From contig OZ245842.1 in NCBI GenBank assembly GCA_965228895.1, positions 608,001-672,000 on the forward strand: a stretch of 64,000 nucleotides of DNA. Direction: 5' to 3'. The notes below the pieces were generated by a model. It was not told the origin of the DNA. It saw nothing but the letters and a program-made list of their open reading frames with translations, and did no database searches. Both the position numbers and the translations under genes were made by a program. This document shows, in pieces, positions 46,505 through 56,575 of the stretch; the stretch's first letter is position 1, and each line of letters opens with the position of its first letter. The stretch comes from Alphaproteobacteria bacterium. Lineage in GTDB: Bacteria > Pseudomonadota > Alphaproteobacteria > SP197.

Positions 46505-47607
46505 GCTGCGTCCTTCCCATTCGTCAGGGGGTGAGGGGAGTGATAGTCCATGTCATAGCCGAACGCCCGTGGCCCGACCACTTTGAGGGCGTGGGGCGTG
46601 GTCAGGACCGGTGCGGCGGGCAGTGAGACGATGACGACACGCTGGCCGTAGCGGATCGATTCCGTGCCGATCGCTTCGCCGTTGACCGCATCCAGAATGC
46701 AAATCAGATCGGGCACCATGACGCGGATCTCATTGTCGATGCTGCCGATCGTGAACTCGTTTTGAAAGTCGACGTCGAAGGTCTGACCGGCATAGCCGTC
46801 ACTTCCCGCGATGCGTGCCTTGCCCCGCACGAAGCCGTCCGTCGTGCGCCGGGCGACATCGACCACCTTGCCGCTGAACAAACGTAGACCGGCTTCGGCA
46901 TCAAGTACCGCATCACTGGGGTCCAGGTGACGACGCCGGGCCTCGGTGACCGCGCGGCCCAGGCGTATGGCGCGGCTGATGGAGCCGATGACGGCGTGGT
47001 CGCGAATCTGACGGCCGGTGCGCGGCGGTTTGCAGGTCGCGATCATCGCGCCGGTTTCCGTACAAAGCTTTCGGCCGATCCGCTCGGTCCATCGCGCGCT
47101 CGCGGTCTTCAGCAGCAGGACCTCGTTGTCACGGATGTCGGCCATGGCGATCGGATAAAGCGGCAGGTCGGCAATGACGAAGCTGGACATCTGCATTTCC
47201 GGGAAGGCGCGCCCGCGCGGGTCGGCGTCAAGCAGAGGAATATCCAACAGGGCCGCAACGACCAGAGGCAGAATGCCGTTTTCACCACCGATCTCCGACG
47301 ACATGACGGCGCGGAACGGCCGGCCCGTCAGATCCTGCATCATCTCGATAGGCCGGCAGATCTGCGCGGGATCGGGCAGTCGTTCCTTGGTGACCAGCGG
47401 CGCACCCATGAAACCGACCTCGGCGACCAGATCGTCGTTATCGAGGTCACATGGCTCGATCATTCCGACCCGCTTGCCCTCGCCGTAGAGTTTCTGAATG
47501 TTCAGCAGCTCGAGATAAGGATGGGTCCCACCACCGGTCCCCAAAATGCCCGTGCCGATCGCCAGAGCGGGCAGGTCATCGGCTTCGATGGGACGACGGC
47601 CCGTCAT
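46501..47607 (-). CDS. DUF917 family protein (paralogue 3 of tandem)
   Basis: LGTGGG, MGAP, EIGGEN, GRAFPE.QM, FQNE, VPDLIC, RYG, GPRAFG. Confidence 0.88.
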   Translation of the reverse strand: MTGRRPIEADDLPALAIGTGILGTGGGTHPYLELLNIQKLYGEGKRVGMIEPCDLDNDDLVAEVGFMGAPLVTKERLPDPAQICRPIEMMQDLTGRPFRAVMSSEIGGENGILPLVVAALLDIPLLDADPRGRAFPEMQMSSFVIADLPLYPIAMADIRDNEVLLLKTASARWTERIGRKLCTETGAMIATCKPPRTGRQIRDHAVIGSISRAIRLGRAVTEARRRHLDPSDAVLDAEAGLRLFSGKVVDVARRTTDGFVRGKARIAGSDGYAGQTFDVDFQNEFTIGSIDNEIRVMVPDLICILDAVNGEAIGTESIRYGQRVVIVSLPAAPVLTTPHALKVVGPRAFGYDMDYHSPHPLTNGKDAA

Positions 47608-48698
47608 GGGTCTGTTCCGAACAGCGACACGTAGTCGATGTCGTATCCGAAGGCGCGCGGGCCAACGAAGCTGAGACCGGCGTCGGAGGTCAGGATATCG
47701 GCGGCGGCAATCGCAACGATGCCAACGCGCAAACCATACCGAATGGTCTCGGTCCCGATCGCTTCGCCGGTATCGGCATCGAGGATGCAGATGAGGTCGG
47801 GCACCATCACCTTCAGCGCGCTATCGATCCAGGCGATGGTGAACTCGTTCTGAAAATCAACGTCGAAGATCTGACCTTCAAAATCATCCTGACCTTCAAT
47901 CCGGGCGCGCCCGCGCACGAAACCTGCCGTGGTTTGCCGCGCGACATCGACGACCTTGCCGCGGAACAGCAACAGGCCGTCTTCGGACTCCATGACCGCG
48001 GCGATGGGATCCGTGTGGGCCTTGCGTGCGCGGCGCACGGCACCGCCCAGCCGAATGGCGCGGCTGACGGTGCCGTGAACCGCATGGTCCTTGATCTCGC
48101 GCCCGGTTCGCGGCGGCCGGCACGTTGCGGCGATCGCACCCATCTCGGTGCAGAGGCGCCGGTTGATGCGCTCGACCCAGAGCGGCCCGCCGGCCTTCAT
48201 CATCAGGACCTCATTGTCGCGGATATCGGCCATGGCGAAGGGATAGAGCGGCAGGCCGCGAATCACGAAGCTCGACATCTGCATTTCGGGGAAGGCCCTG
48301 CCCATGCAATCGGCATCGACCACCGGGAGGTTCAGGAGAGCGGCGACCAGGAATGGCAAGACGCCGTTCTCCGCGCCGACTTCGCCCGCCATGACCGCAC
48401 TGAAGGTGGCGCCGGTCGCCTGGCGCATCATCTCGACCGGCCTGAGCGTGTGATGGGGATCGGGAAGGCGTTCCTTGGTGACCAGCGGCGCACCCATGAA
48501 GCCGAGTTCGGCAACGTGGTCATTGTCGTTGAGGTCATCGGGCGCAATCAGCGAAACACTGCGACCGGCGCGATAAAGCTTCTCGATGTTCAGCAGCTCG
48601 AAATAAGGATGGGTACCGCCGCCGGTTCCCAGAATGCCCGTCCCGATAGCGAGACTTCGCAAGTCATCGAAGGCCACAGGCGTGGTTGTCGCCATCAT
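47604..48698 (-). CDS. DUF917 family protein (paralogue 2 of tandem)
   Basis: Same motifs (EVGAEN variant); start overlaps upstream stop (TGATG). Confidence 0.88.
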   Translation of the reverse strand: MMATTTPVAFDDLRSLAIGTGILGTGGGTHPYFELLNIEKLYRAGRSVSLIAPDDLNDNDHVAELGFMGAPLVTKERLPDPHHTLRPVEMMRQATGATFSAVMAGEVGAENGVLPFLVAALLNLPVVDADCMGRAFPEMQMSSFVIRGLPLYPFAMADIRDNEVLMMKAGGPLWVERINRRLCTEMGAIAATCRPPRTGREIKDHAVHGTVSRAIRLGGAVRRARKAHTDPIAAVMESEDGLLLFRGKVVDVARQTTAGFVRGRARIEGQDDFEGQIFDVDFQNEFTIAWIDSALKVMVPDLICILDADTGEAIGTETIRYGLRVGIVAIAAADILTSDAGLSFVGPRAFGYDIDYVSLFGTDP

Positions 48699-49780
48699 CA
48701 GCCGCCGTGAAGCGAGACGTAGTCGAGGTCGTAGCCGAAGGCGCGCGGTCCGACCCACTCAAGTCCTTCCGGCGACCGCTGCAGGGGATCGGCGGCCAAT
48801 GACAGGACGTCGACACGCTGGCCATAGCGAATGGTCTCGGTGCCCAGGGCCTCGCCGGTCACGCTGTCGAGAATGCAGATCAGATCGGGCACGGTGACGA
48901 CAACGTCGCCGTCACGCCAGCCGATCGAAAATTCGTTCTGGAAGTCGACGTTGAAAACCGATCCGGCAAAATCATCCAGACCGTCGATCTTGGCATAGCC
49001 GCGGACAAAGCCGTCGGTCATGCGCCGTGCGACGTCGGCCACTTTGCCGCGAAACAGCGCCACACCGTTTTCCGCCTGAAGCACAGCCTGGATCGGGTTT
49101 TCATGCCGCCGCCGCGCCGCGCGCACTGCCGCACCGAGCCTGAGCGCCCGTGATACCGAGCCCAGTATGGCGTGGTCCTTGATCTCACGTCCGGTGCGTG
49201 GCGCCGAACAGGTCGCGGCAATCGAGCCGACCTCGATGCAGGCCTGGCGTCCCAGCCGTTCCGTCCAGGTCGGGCTGGCGGTTTTGGTGAGGATGAGGTC
49301 GTTATCGCGGATATCACACATGGCAAATGGCGCCATGGAGAGGCCGCGAATGGCAAAGCTCGCCATCTGCGCTTCGGGAAACGCGCGGCCCATGGCATCC
49401 GCATCGACCATCGGCATGCCGGTGAGCGCACCGATGAGGAGCGGCAGCATCGAGTTTTCGCTGCCGATCTCGATCGACATGACGGCCTTGAAGGGCTTGC
49501 CCGTGAACGCCTCCATCAAGTGCAGAGGACGCACGGCGTGATCGGGATCGGGCAGACGTTCCTTGGTCACCAGCGGTGCGCCCATGAAACCAACCACCGC
49601 GATTGTGTCGTCGTCTTCCAGGTCCTGTGGGTCGACCATCGTGACGCGCTTGCCTTCGCCGTAGAGTTTCTGGATGTTGAGCAGCTCAAGATAGGGGTGA
49701 GTGCCGCCGCCGGTGCCGAGCACGCCCGCACCTGTCGCGAGGTCTTCGAGTTCGTCGGCTGTTATCTCGCGCAATGACAA
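48698..49780 (-). CDS. DUF917 family protein (paralogue 1 of tandem)
   Basis: Same motifs (EIGSEN variant); GGAGG RBS before TTG start. Confidence 0.88.
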   Translation of the reverse strand: MSLREITADELEDLATGAGVLGTGGGTHPYLELLNIQKLYGEGKRVTMVDPQDLEDDDTIAVVGFMGAPLVTKERLPDPDHAVRPLHLMEAFTGKPFKAVMSIEIGSENSMLPLLIGALTGMPMVDADAMGRAFPEAQMASFAIRGLSMAPFAMCDIRDNDLILTKTASPTWTERLGRQACIEVGSIAATCSAPRTGREIKDHAILGSVSRALRLGAAVRAARRRHENPIQAVLQAENGVALFRGKVADVARRMTDGFVRGYAKIDGLDDFAGSVFNVDFQNEFSIGWRDGDVVVTVPDLICILDSVTGEALGTETIRYGQRVDVLSLAADPLQRSPEGLEWVGPRAFGYDLDYVSLHGG

Positions 49781-49789
49781 GGCGGCCTC

Positions 49790-50383
49790 CTAATCCAGTT
49801 TTTCGCCGCGGGACCAGCGTCGGGTCGCGGCAGCGACGCGGTGGCCGAACAAACGCGCCGTCAATCGATCGGTTTCGGGCGGCGAGGCGGGCGTCACCGC
49901 CTTGCCATCGGAATCCGCCATGGCGCCCAGGTAGCCGCCCTGGATGTTGTAACCTTCGGGCTTGCCCTGGCCGGTTCGGATGTCATTCATGGGATCCATA
50001 CCGACCCAGACCATGGCGTGCTGGGCGGCATAGACGGAGAGCGCCATCAAGACGCTTTGTTTGTCGCCGCTGGGTTCGCCGGCACAGGTGAAGCCGGCCG
50101 CGATCTTGTCGCGCCAACGCATGTCACCCCAGAAGGCGTCGGTCGCGTCCAGAAAAGCTTTCAGTTCGGCCGAGATGCCGCCGAAGTGGGTCGGACAGCC
50201 AAAGACGATGGCGTCGGCCTCGAACAGGCTGTCCCAGGGGACCGGATCGACGGCGACATCAACCAAAAGCGTCCTGACATCGCCGCCGTTCTCGGCGCCT
50301 TCTGCGATTTCCTTGGCGATGGCGGCGGTGTGACCCTTGCCGCTGTGAAAGCAGATGGCGATTGTGGTTTTTGCTTCGGCCAT
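49790..50383 (-). CDS. Flavodoxin-like WrbA family NAD(P)H-dependent oxidoreductase
   Basis: HSGKGHT, FGCPTHFG, K.AAGFT, SGDK, TARLFG.RVA. Confidence 0.88.
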   Translation of the reverse strand: MAEAKTTIAICFHSGKGHTAAIAKEIAEGAENGGDVRTLLVDVAVDPVPWDSLFEADAIVFGCPTHFGGISAELKAFLDATDAFWGDMRWRDKIAAGFTCAGEPSGDKQSVLMALSVYAAQHAMVWVGMDPMNDIRTGQGKPEGYNIQGGYLGAMADSDGKAVTPASPPETDRLTARLFGHRVAAATRRWSRGEKLD

Positions 50384-50391
50384 GGCAGGCG

Positions 50392-51471
50392 CTAGAGCAC
50401 GACGGCTGAGTCTGGCGCCCAGGTAAGACCGACCGACTGTCCCTGGGCAGGAACGGCGTCACCGGCATTGACGTTGACCTGCAGGCGTGAGCCGTCGGTG
50501 ACCGCAACGGTGACCTTGGCGACGGCGCCGGAAAAGACGACCTCGTCGATGGTGCCGTGAACGCCTTTGAAGCTGTCATCGGGGTTGCTGACAACCGTGA
50601 TGTTTTCGGGACGCACCACGAGGCGGACTTCGTCGCCCGATGCCAGTTTCCGGTGTTCGAAGTTGCGCGCCGCGAACACGTCGCCCGCCTGATTGCGCAC
50701 GGTCACTTGGTCGCCATCGATCCCGTCAACCGTGCAGATCAGCATGTTGGCTTCGCCCACGAAGTCGGCGACAAAGGCGCTTGCCGGGCGCTTGTAGACT
50801 TCTTCCGGTCCGGCAAGCTGCTCGACCTTGCCGAGGTTCATGACCGCGATCCGGTCGGACATGGTTAGCGCTTCTTCCTGATCATGGGTGACGTAGATGA
50901 ACGTGATGCCGACCCGACGCTGGATCTGCTTGAGCTCCGACTGCATTTGTTTGCGCAGCTTGAAGTCGAGCGCGCCCAGAGGTTCGTCGAGCAGAAGTAC
51001 GGCCGGTTCGACGATCAGCGCGCGGCCTAGCGCGACGCGCTGCTGTTGGCCGCCGGAAATCTCGCTGATGCGCCGCACGCCCATGCCCGGTAGGCCCAAG
51101 AGGTCGAGCATTTTTTCGACCCGTTCGGCGATTTCAGCTTTCCCCGTCTTGCGCATGCGCAACCCGAACGCAAGGTTCTGCGCCACGGTGCGGTGAGGGA
51201 AGAGGGCGTAGTCCTGAAACACCATGGACGTGTTGCGCTGATAGGGCGGCACGCCCAGAACCGATTGACCATGCAGGCGGATGTCCCCGGAGGTCGGCTC
51301 CAGGAAACCGCTGATCATCCGCAGCAAGGTCGACTTGCCGCAGCCTGACGGCCCCAGCAGCGTGACGAACTCGCCCTCCGCGATATCGATGCTGACATCG
51401 TCGACCGCGAGCACGTCATCGTAATACTTGACCACGTTCTCGACCGCGACGGCGGCCGTTGCTTCAACCAT
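50392..51471 (-). CDS. Polyamine/opine-type ABC transporter ATP-binding protein (PotA-like)
   Basis: GPSGCGKST, VFQDYALFPH, ISGGQQQR, DEPLGALD. Confidence 0.94.
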   Translation of the reverse strand: MVEATAAVAVENVVKYYDDVLAVDDVSIDIAEGEFVTLLGPSGCGKSTLLRMISGFLEPTSGDIRLHGQSVLGVPPYQRNTSMVFQDYALFPHRTVAQNLAFGLRMRKTGKAEIAERVEKMLDLLGLPGMGVRRISEISGGQQQRVALGRALIVEPAVLLLDEPLGALDFKLRKQMQSELKQIQRRVGITFIYVTHDQEEALTMSDRIAVMNLGKVEQLAGPEEVYKRPASAFVADFVGEANMLICTVDGIDGDQVTVRNQAGDVFAARNFEHRKLASGDEVRLVVRPENITVVSNPDDSFKGVHGTIDEVVFSGAVAKVTVAVTDGSRLQVNVNAGDAVPAQGQSVGLTWAPDSAVVL

Positions 51472-52327
51472 CGGCCTTGCCCTTCTGCGGCACGGTGTTG
51501 CGCATCTGACGCAGCATCCAGAGTTGGGCGGTTACGCTGAGCGTGATCGAGACGACCATGATAATGGTCGCGATGGCGTTGATTTCCGGCGACAACATGA
51601 AACGCAGACTGGTCCAGATTGCGATCGGCAACGTTTCATCGAACCCGGCGACAAACCACGCGACGATGAACTCGCCGAATGACTCGGTGAAGACCAGCAG
51701 AACGACGGCGATGATCGCCGGCGTCGTCATGGGCAGGATGATCTCGAAGAAGACACGCAGTTCGGACGCACCGAGATCCATCGCCGCCTCGATCAATGAC
51801 CGGCGAAAGCCCAGCAGACGCGAATAAAAGATCATCACGGCAAAACACAGCGTCAGCGTCGTGTGGGCGATGACGACGCCGATGCCGCCCATGAGCTCCG
51901 GAGAAAAGCGGAACAAAAGCAGCAGGCTGATGCCGATGACCATCTGGGGAATGATGATGGGTGAGAGGATCAGACCGAACACGATCGCCTTGCCGCGGAA
52001 CGGCCGCCACGCGAGCACCATGGCGGCGGGCATGCCGATGGCTGTCGCGACGACTGCCGTCACCAAGGCGATCCATGTGCTCAGCCACAGCGACTCCATC
52101 AGCGGCTCGTCGTTGAGCGCTTCGTCGAACCAGCCGAGTGTCAGGCCCTCGATCGGCAGCGCCGGGATCTGCTTGTCATTGAACGCAAAGAGGATGATCA
52201 CGAAGATCGGCAAATAGAAGAAAATATAGATCAGCGACACATAGGAAATGCCGAGAACGCGGCCGGTCTTGCCGCCGCCCGAACGATCGCCGCGGCGCGG
52301 CGAGGGGTTGTGATCGATGACCGCCAT
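51464..52327 (-). CDS. ABC transporter permease (PotC-like)
   Basis: YLPI, IAH, EAAMDLGAS, TLPIAIW, PEINAIAT; start MAVIDH. Confidence 0.92.
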   Translation of the reverse strand: MAVIDHNPSPRRGDRSGGGKTGRVLGISYVSLIYIFFYLPIFVIILFAFNDKQIPALPIEGLTLGWFDEALNDEPLMESLWLSTWIALVTAVVATAIGMPAAMVLAWRPFRGKAIVFGLILSPIIIPQMVIGISLLLLFRFSPELMGGIGVVIAHTTLTLCFAVMIFYSRLLGFRRSLIEAAMDLGASELRVFFEIILPMTTPAIIAVVLLVFTESFGEFIVAWFVAGFDETLPIAIWTSLRFMLSPEINAIATIIMVVSITLSVTAQLWMLRQMRNTVPQKGKADG

Positions 52328-53238
52328 CAGACCACATCCTCCATCTTCACCCACCGGAAGAGCGCGGCCAGGATCGCGAGAATGATGACCAGCAGAACGA
52401 CGGAAAGCGCCGCGCCGCCGGGCCAGTTCTGCGACGTCTCGAACTCCATGATGATGGCTTGCGAGATCAGCAGGTCCTTGCCACCGCCAAGCAGCTGCGG
52501 CACGACAAAGTCGCCGACCGAAAAAATGAAAGTGAAGACGGCGCCGACCACGAGCCCGGGAATGCAGAGCGGGAAGGTGACTTCGAAAAAGGCGCGCAGC
52601 CGGGTGGCGCCCAGGTCGGTCGCCGCGTCGAGCCACGAATCCTGCACCTTGTCGATGCTGGTATAGAGCGGCAGGATAAAGAAGGGCAGGAACGAATAGA
52701 TCAACCCGATGGCCGTCGCGACGGGCGAATAGAGCAGGAACGACAGGGGTTCATCGAGCACGCCGCCCAGCACCATGCCGGAATTGATGAACCCGCGCTC
52801 GCCGAGCAGCAGTTTCCAGGCGTAGGCGCGCAGGATGAGGCTGGTCCAGAACGGGATGATCACCATGATCAACAGCAACACGCGCCACGCGCCCGACTTC
52901 TTGGCGATGAAGTAGGCGATGGGGTAGGCGAGGATGGCGCAGACAATGGTGACGGCGACGGCGACTTCGAGCGACAGAATCAGCGCGTTGAACAGCAGCG
53001 GGTTTTCGAAGATCTGGGCGTAGTTGTAGAGCGTGAACGTGTAATCCATGCGGTAGTCGATCAGACGCCAGAAGCTGTAGATCGACAGCATGCCCATGGG
53101 CACCACGAAGAAGATGATCTGCCACAGAACGACGGGTCCAAGGCCCATCACGGACTTGAACCAGCCGCGCGCCAGAAGTGATCGGCGGGCCTGCGGTCGC
53201 GCCGCCGTGTCCGGCGCTGCTGCGTCTACCGTGCTCAT
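52327..53238 (-). CDS. ABC transporter permease (PotB-like)
   Basis: AYPIAY, PFWTS..LRAYAW, AA.DLGA, NWPGGAALS. Confidence 0.92.
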   Translation of the reverse strand: MSTVDAAAPDTAARPQARRSLLARGWFKSVMGLGPVVLWQIIFFVVPMGMLSIYSFWRLIDYRMDYTFTLYNYAQIFENPLLFNALILSLEVAVAVTIVCAILAYPIAYFIAKKSGAWRVLLLIMVIIPFWTSLILRAYAWKLLLGERGFINSGMVLGGVLDEPLSFLLYSPVATAIGLIYSFLPFFILPLYTSIDKVQDSWLDAATDLGATRLRAFFEVTFPLCIPGLVVGAVFTFIFSVGDFVVPQLLGGGKDLLISQAIIMEFETSQNWPGGAALSVVLLVIILAILAALFRWVKMEDVV

Positions 53239-53252
53239 GGACCTATGCTGCC

Positions 53253-53990
53253 CTAGGCGGCGTCGAAGCGATACTCCGCCCGCGCGTTGGGCGGTGTTGG
53301 ATAGGCGATCTTGCTGTGCCGCATGCCGGTCGAGACCAGCGCCTCGGTCAGCTTCATGGTCGCCTTCACCGGATCAATCACGGGGACATAAGCGCCGAGC
53401 CGCTGCTTCAGCGATTCCTCGATCTTCGCGGCCATGTCGACGCCGGTGCCCGTGCAGCCCATGACGATGACCTCCGCGCCGTCGTCTTCGACCGCCGCGA
53501 CCGCCTGGTCGACCGCCTTGGGCACGCGGTCGAGCCCGAAATCGAGGACGCCGGCGCCGACCTCGCGAACCGAGGCCAGCCGTTCACCCATGCCGACCTG
53601 GGCGGCAAGCTTGCGCATCATGGGGAACAGCTCGCGCTGGGTGATCATGATGGTGAAGCGGCCACCCAGGAGGCTCGCCATATGCAACGCGGCTTCGCCT
53701 TCGCCGACCACGGGGATCGACACCAGCTCCTTGGCGCCGGCGGCACCGGGATCGCCGAAACAGGTGATCATGCAGCCGTCGGCGCCATCGGCCTCGGCGT
53801 CGCGGATCAGACGCATGACCTCAGGCTGGGCGAGCGCCATGTCGTATTCGGACTCGATGCTGTTGGTCCCGTTCGCAACACAAGCGACCGTCAAGTCGAC
53901 GCCCGGAGAGGCGCAGGCTTGATATTCAAGCCTGGCCTTCTCCGCGAGAGCATCGGAGTGGAGGACCGGGACAACGATACGGATGTCCAT
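53253..53990 (-). CDS. Hydantoin racemase-like (Asp/Glu/hydantoin racemase family)
   Basis: SIES, CFGDPG and MGCTG (two catalytic Cys), PVIDP; GGAGG RBS. Confidence 0.88.
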   Translation of the reverse strand: MDIRIVVPVLHSDALAEKARLEYQACASPGVDLTVACVANGTNSIESEYDMALAQPEVMRLIRDAEADGADGCMITCFGDPGAAGAKELVSIPVVGEGEAALHMASLLGGRFTIMITQRELFPMMRKLAAQVGMGERLASVREVGAGVLDFGLDRVPKAVDQAVAAVEDDGAEVIVMGCTGTGVDMAAKIEESLKQRLGAYVPVIDPVKATMKLTEALVSTGMRHSKIAYPTPPNARAEYRFDAA

Positions 53991-54006
53991 GGTTTCCTCC
54001 GACCGA

Positions 54007-55131
54007 TCAGGCAGCCTTGAACGTCTGCCAGGCCAAACGCCAGGCCTCTTCGTCGACCGGCGCGCGGTTGAGTTTGGACCGCAGGCCCCACTCGTCGATC
54101 TTGTCGAGGTTGAGGATGCGGAACTGCTCGGCGGTAATGTAGTCGGCCACCTTGGCGTTGCAGACCGCAATCTTCTGGCGGCCCCAGGCGAACTTGGAGA
54201 GCGCCTCGGCGCTGGTCATGTAGTTCAGGTACTGCTTGGCCGCGTCGACGTTTTGCGAACCCTGAACAATCTGCAGCGACTCCGTCCACATCGCGCCGCC
54301 CTGCTCGGGGATCGTCAGCGCGATGTCGTAACCGGCTTCCTGGACCGCAATCGACGTCTGATTGCTGCTGCTGCCCCACACGATCCACGCATCCTGGTTG
54401 GCAAGGTCGGTCTTGCCGGCGCCGACCTCGTTGTGGATGGCGCGCAGGTTGGGTTTGATCTCAACCAATCGTGCGACGATCTCATCAAGGGCTTCACCGC
54501 TTGCTTCTTCCGGTTTCTCCATGCCCAACCATTGGCCGGCCTGCCACAGGTAGAGCTCGCCCCAGTCGATGATGCTGATGCGATCGGCAAACTTGGAATC
54601 CCAGATGACATTGGCATCTAGAGCGTCGGCTTCCGACAGTTTGTCGCGCCAATGGACGATGCCGTTGATGCCCCAGCGTGTCGTGACGCCATAGAGCTGG
54701 TCGCCGACCAAACAATCGTAACAGTCCTTGAACGGCTCGAACATTTCCTCGAGGTGCGGAAAGTCGGCCCGGTCAAGCGGCATGGTCAGTCCGCTTTGGG
54801 CAAACTTGTCGGTCCACACGGTGTCCGGGTTGACGACATCGAACTGAATCGCGCCGGCGCGAAGCTGATCGAGCTGGTTGGCGTTGCTGCTCGCCGTCTT
54901 CACGTTGACGGTGATGCCGGTCGCCTCCTCGAACGGGCGCACGATGTCGGGATCGTCATAGCCCTCCCACGCCAGGACGTTGACGACACCTTCGGCGCGT
55001 GCCGGCGCCGGCCGGCCGACTTGGGATGCGATGGCGGCAAACATCGCGGCATTGGCGCCGTCGCGCATCAGGTGCCGGCGCGACAGCCGCTTCTTCAACA
55101 GGTCACGAAGCTCTTTTGTGCTGGATGCCAT
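54007..55131 (-). CDS. PotD-like ABC solute-binding protein with probable Tat signal
   Basis: SRRHLM...ARA signal, WEGY, FEEATGITV, WG..GI, P.QG...W. Confidence 0.9.
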   Translation of the reverse strand: MASSTKELRDLLKKRLSRRHLMRDGANAAMFAAIASQVGRPAPARAEGVVNVLAWEGYDDPDIVRPFEEATGITVNVKTASSNANQLDQLRAGAIQFDVVNPDTVWTDKFAQSGLTMPLDRADFPHLEEMFEPFKDCYDCLVGDQLYGVTTRWGINGIVHWRDKLSEADALDANVIWDSKFADRISIIDWGELYLWQAGQWLGMEKPEEASGEALDEIVARLVEIKPNLRAIHNEVGAGKTDLANQDAWIVWGSSSNQTSIAVQEAGYDIALTIPEQGGAMWTESLQIVQGSQNVDAAKQYLNYMTSAEALSKFAWGRQKIAVCNAKVADYITAEQFRILNLDKIDEWGLRSKLNRAPVDEEAWRLAWQTFKAA

Positions 55132-55287
55132 GTGTGTCTCTCCCCCTGGTCAGATAACGCCGCCCGGGAATCGGGCAGACCGCTGACATTCTCGCCCGGT
55201 CCGAACAACCATCTGCGGTTGCTCTACGGAGCGATTCCCGGCCTGATTTCGAAGACCGGTTCGCCGGTCAACCGGTCGGAACTGCGC

Positions 55288-55303
55288 TACAAAGCGCTTT
55301 GTA
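55288..55303. promoter_or_regulatory. LacI-family operator
   Basis: Perfect palindrome TACAAAGCGCTTTGTA with central CG, just downstream of the minus-strand promoter and adjacent to a LacI-family gene. Confidence 0.8.
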
Positions 55304-55310
55304 TTGGTGA

Positions 55311-55340
55311 ATTGTTTGATCCAACTTGCAAGGCTGTCAA
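55311..55340 (-). promoter_or_regulatory. Sigma70-type promoter for the SBP-racemase-ABC-DUF917 operon
   Basis: Minus strand TTGACA-N18-AACAAT. Confidence 0.6.
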
Positions 55341-55413
55341 GGATTCTTGCAATTCTCTCGCGCCACGTGGTCGTTCGGCACCGGCGCCAACGGCCAAGGA
55401 CGAAGGTTTCGTT

Positions 55414-56424
55414 CTACATGCGGCTCGCGCCCCGTCGGTCGGTGCTCGCGCGCACCACAAGCTCGACGGAGACCAGTTTTGCACGTTCGCCGCCGCCGTC
55501 ATTCACGAGGTCGAGCAGCATCTCGACCGCCAGGTCTCCCAGCCTATCGGGAAAGACGCGAATGCTGGTCAGCGGCGGAATTGAACTGGCGGCAAGCACG
55601 GTCTCGCCTTCGCCGACCACGCCGAGGTCATCGGGTATGGCGATGCCGAGGTCGCTGGCCGCCTGCAGAACAGAAAGCGCCAGACTGTCTGTGCTGGCGA
55701 TGATGACATCGGGTCGTTCCGCGGCAGTCAATATCTCACGGGCGACGTCATAGGTTTTCTGGCTGAAAAAGTTGTCGCACCAAACGACCCGGCCCGGCAT
55801 CCCCCGCGCTTCGGTTTCTTTGCGAAATGCCTGCTCAACATCCGACTCGTAAGAGATAGTCGGTTCCTTGGTGAGCAGGAGTGGTCGCCGGTAACCCTGT
55901 TCGTCGAGATGCACGAAAAGGTCCGTGATCGCCTTGGTGTGGTCGTTGTCGACCCAGGGGATGTCTTTGCGATCCATCCAACGTCCGACCGTGATGACGG
56001 GCAGGTCGCGGTCGAGAAAGGCTGCGAGCCGCGCGTCGTTTGCGGCCGGATCGGCAACGATGACACCGTCGAGTTGCCCGAGCAATTCACCCTGGGCGAC
56101 GCCATTCTCGCCAAGCGCGTTGGGGATGAGAAGAAAGCCATACCCGACCTTGCCGGCGGCAGCGGACAGACCTTCGAGCAGCGCTGGGAAGTAAGGGTTG
56201 CGGTGCAGCAAGCTGCCTTCGGCTGGAAAACACACACCCAGGATCATCGAGCGCCCGGTCGCCAGCGCCTTGGCGCTCAGCCGGGGGCTGTAATCGAGAT
56301 CCCTGGCGGCCTCCATGACCCGCGCGACCGTATCCGCCGCCACGTGCCGGTTGCCCGAATAGACATGGGACACCGTGGTGATCGAAACGCCGGCCGCTGC
56401 CGCGACGTCATAGATGCTGGCCAT
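55414..56424 (-). CDS. LacI family transcriptional regulator
   Basis: SIYDVAAAAGVSITTVS HTH, A.AL hinge, IPDDL.VVG, PPLTSI. Confidence 0.95.
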   Translation of the reverse strand: MASIYDVAAAAGVSITTVSHVYSGNRHVAADTVARVMEAARDLDYSPRLSAKALATGRSMILGVCFPAEGSLLHRNPYFPALLEGLSAAAGKVGYGFLLIPNALGENGVAQGELLGQLDGVIVADPAANDARLAAFLDRDLPVITVGRWMDRKDIPWVDNDHTKAITDLFVHLDEQGYRRPLLLTKEPTISYESDVEQAFRKETEARGMPGRVVWCDNFFSQKTYDVAREILTAAERPDVIIASTDSLALSVLQAASDLGIAIPDDLGVVGEGETVLAASSIPPLTSIRVFPDRLGDLAVEMLLDLVNDGGGERAKLVSVELVVRASTDRRGASRM

Positions 56425-56575
56425 AGTCCGGGCACCTTGCCCCGGTGATGCTCAAATGTCTAACCGAGGTATCCGACCCCGACTCGACACTCACGCAAGC
56501 GGCTGGACTCGCCGGTCGGACCCGTGTTGAGGTGGTCGCACGCACCGGTAGAACGGTGACACGAGGGAGGGTGTG

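Noticed and set aside
50392-55131. Housekeeping potABCD spermidine/putrescine transporter
   Set aside because: It is interleaved with a racemase and co-operonic with DUF917/HyuA, so only a family-level call is made.
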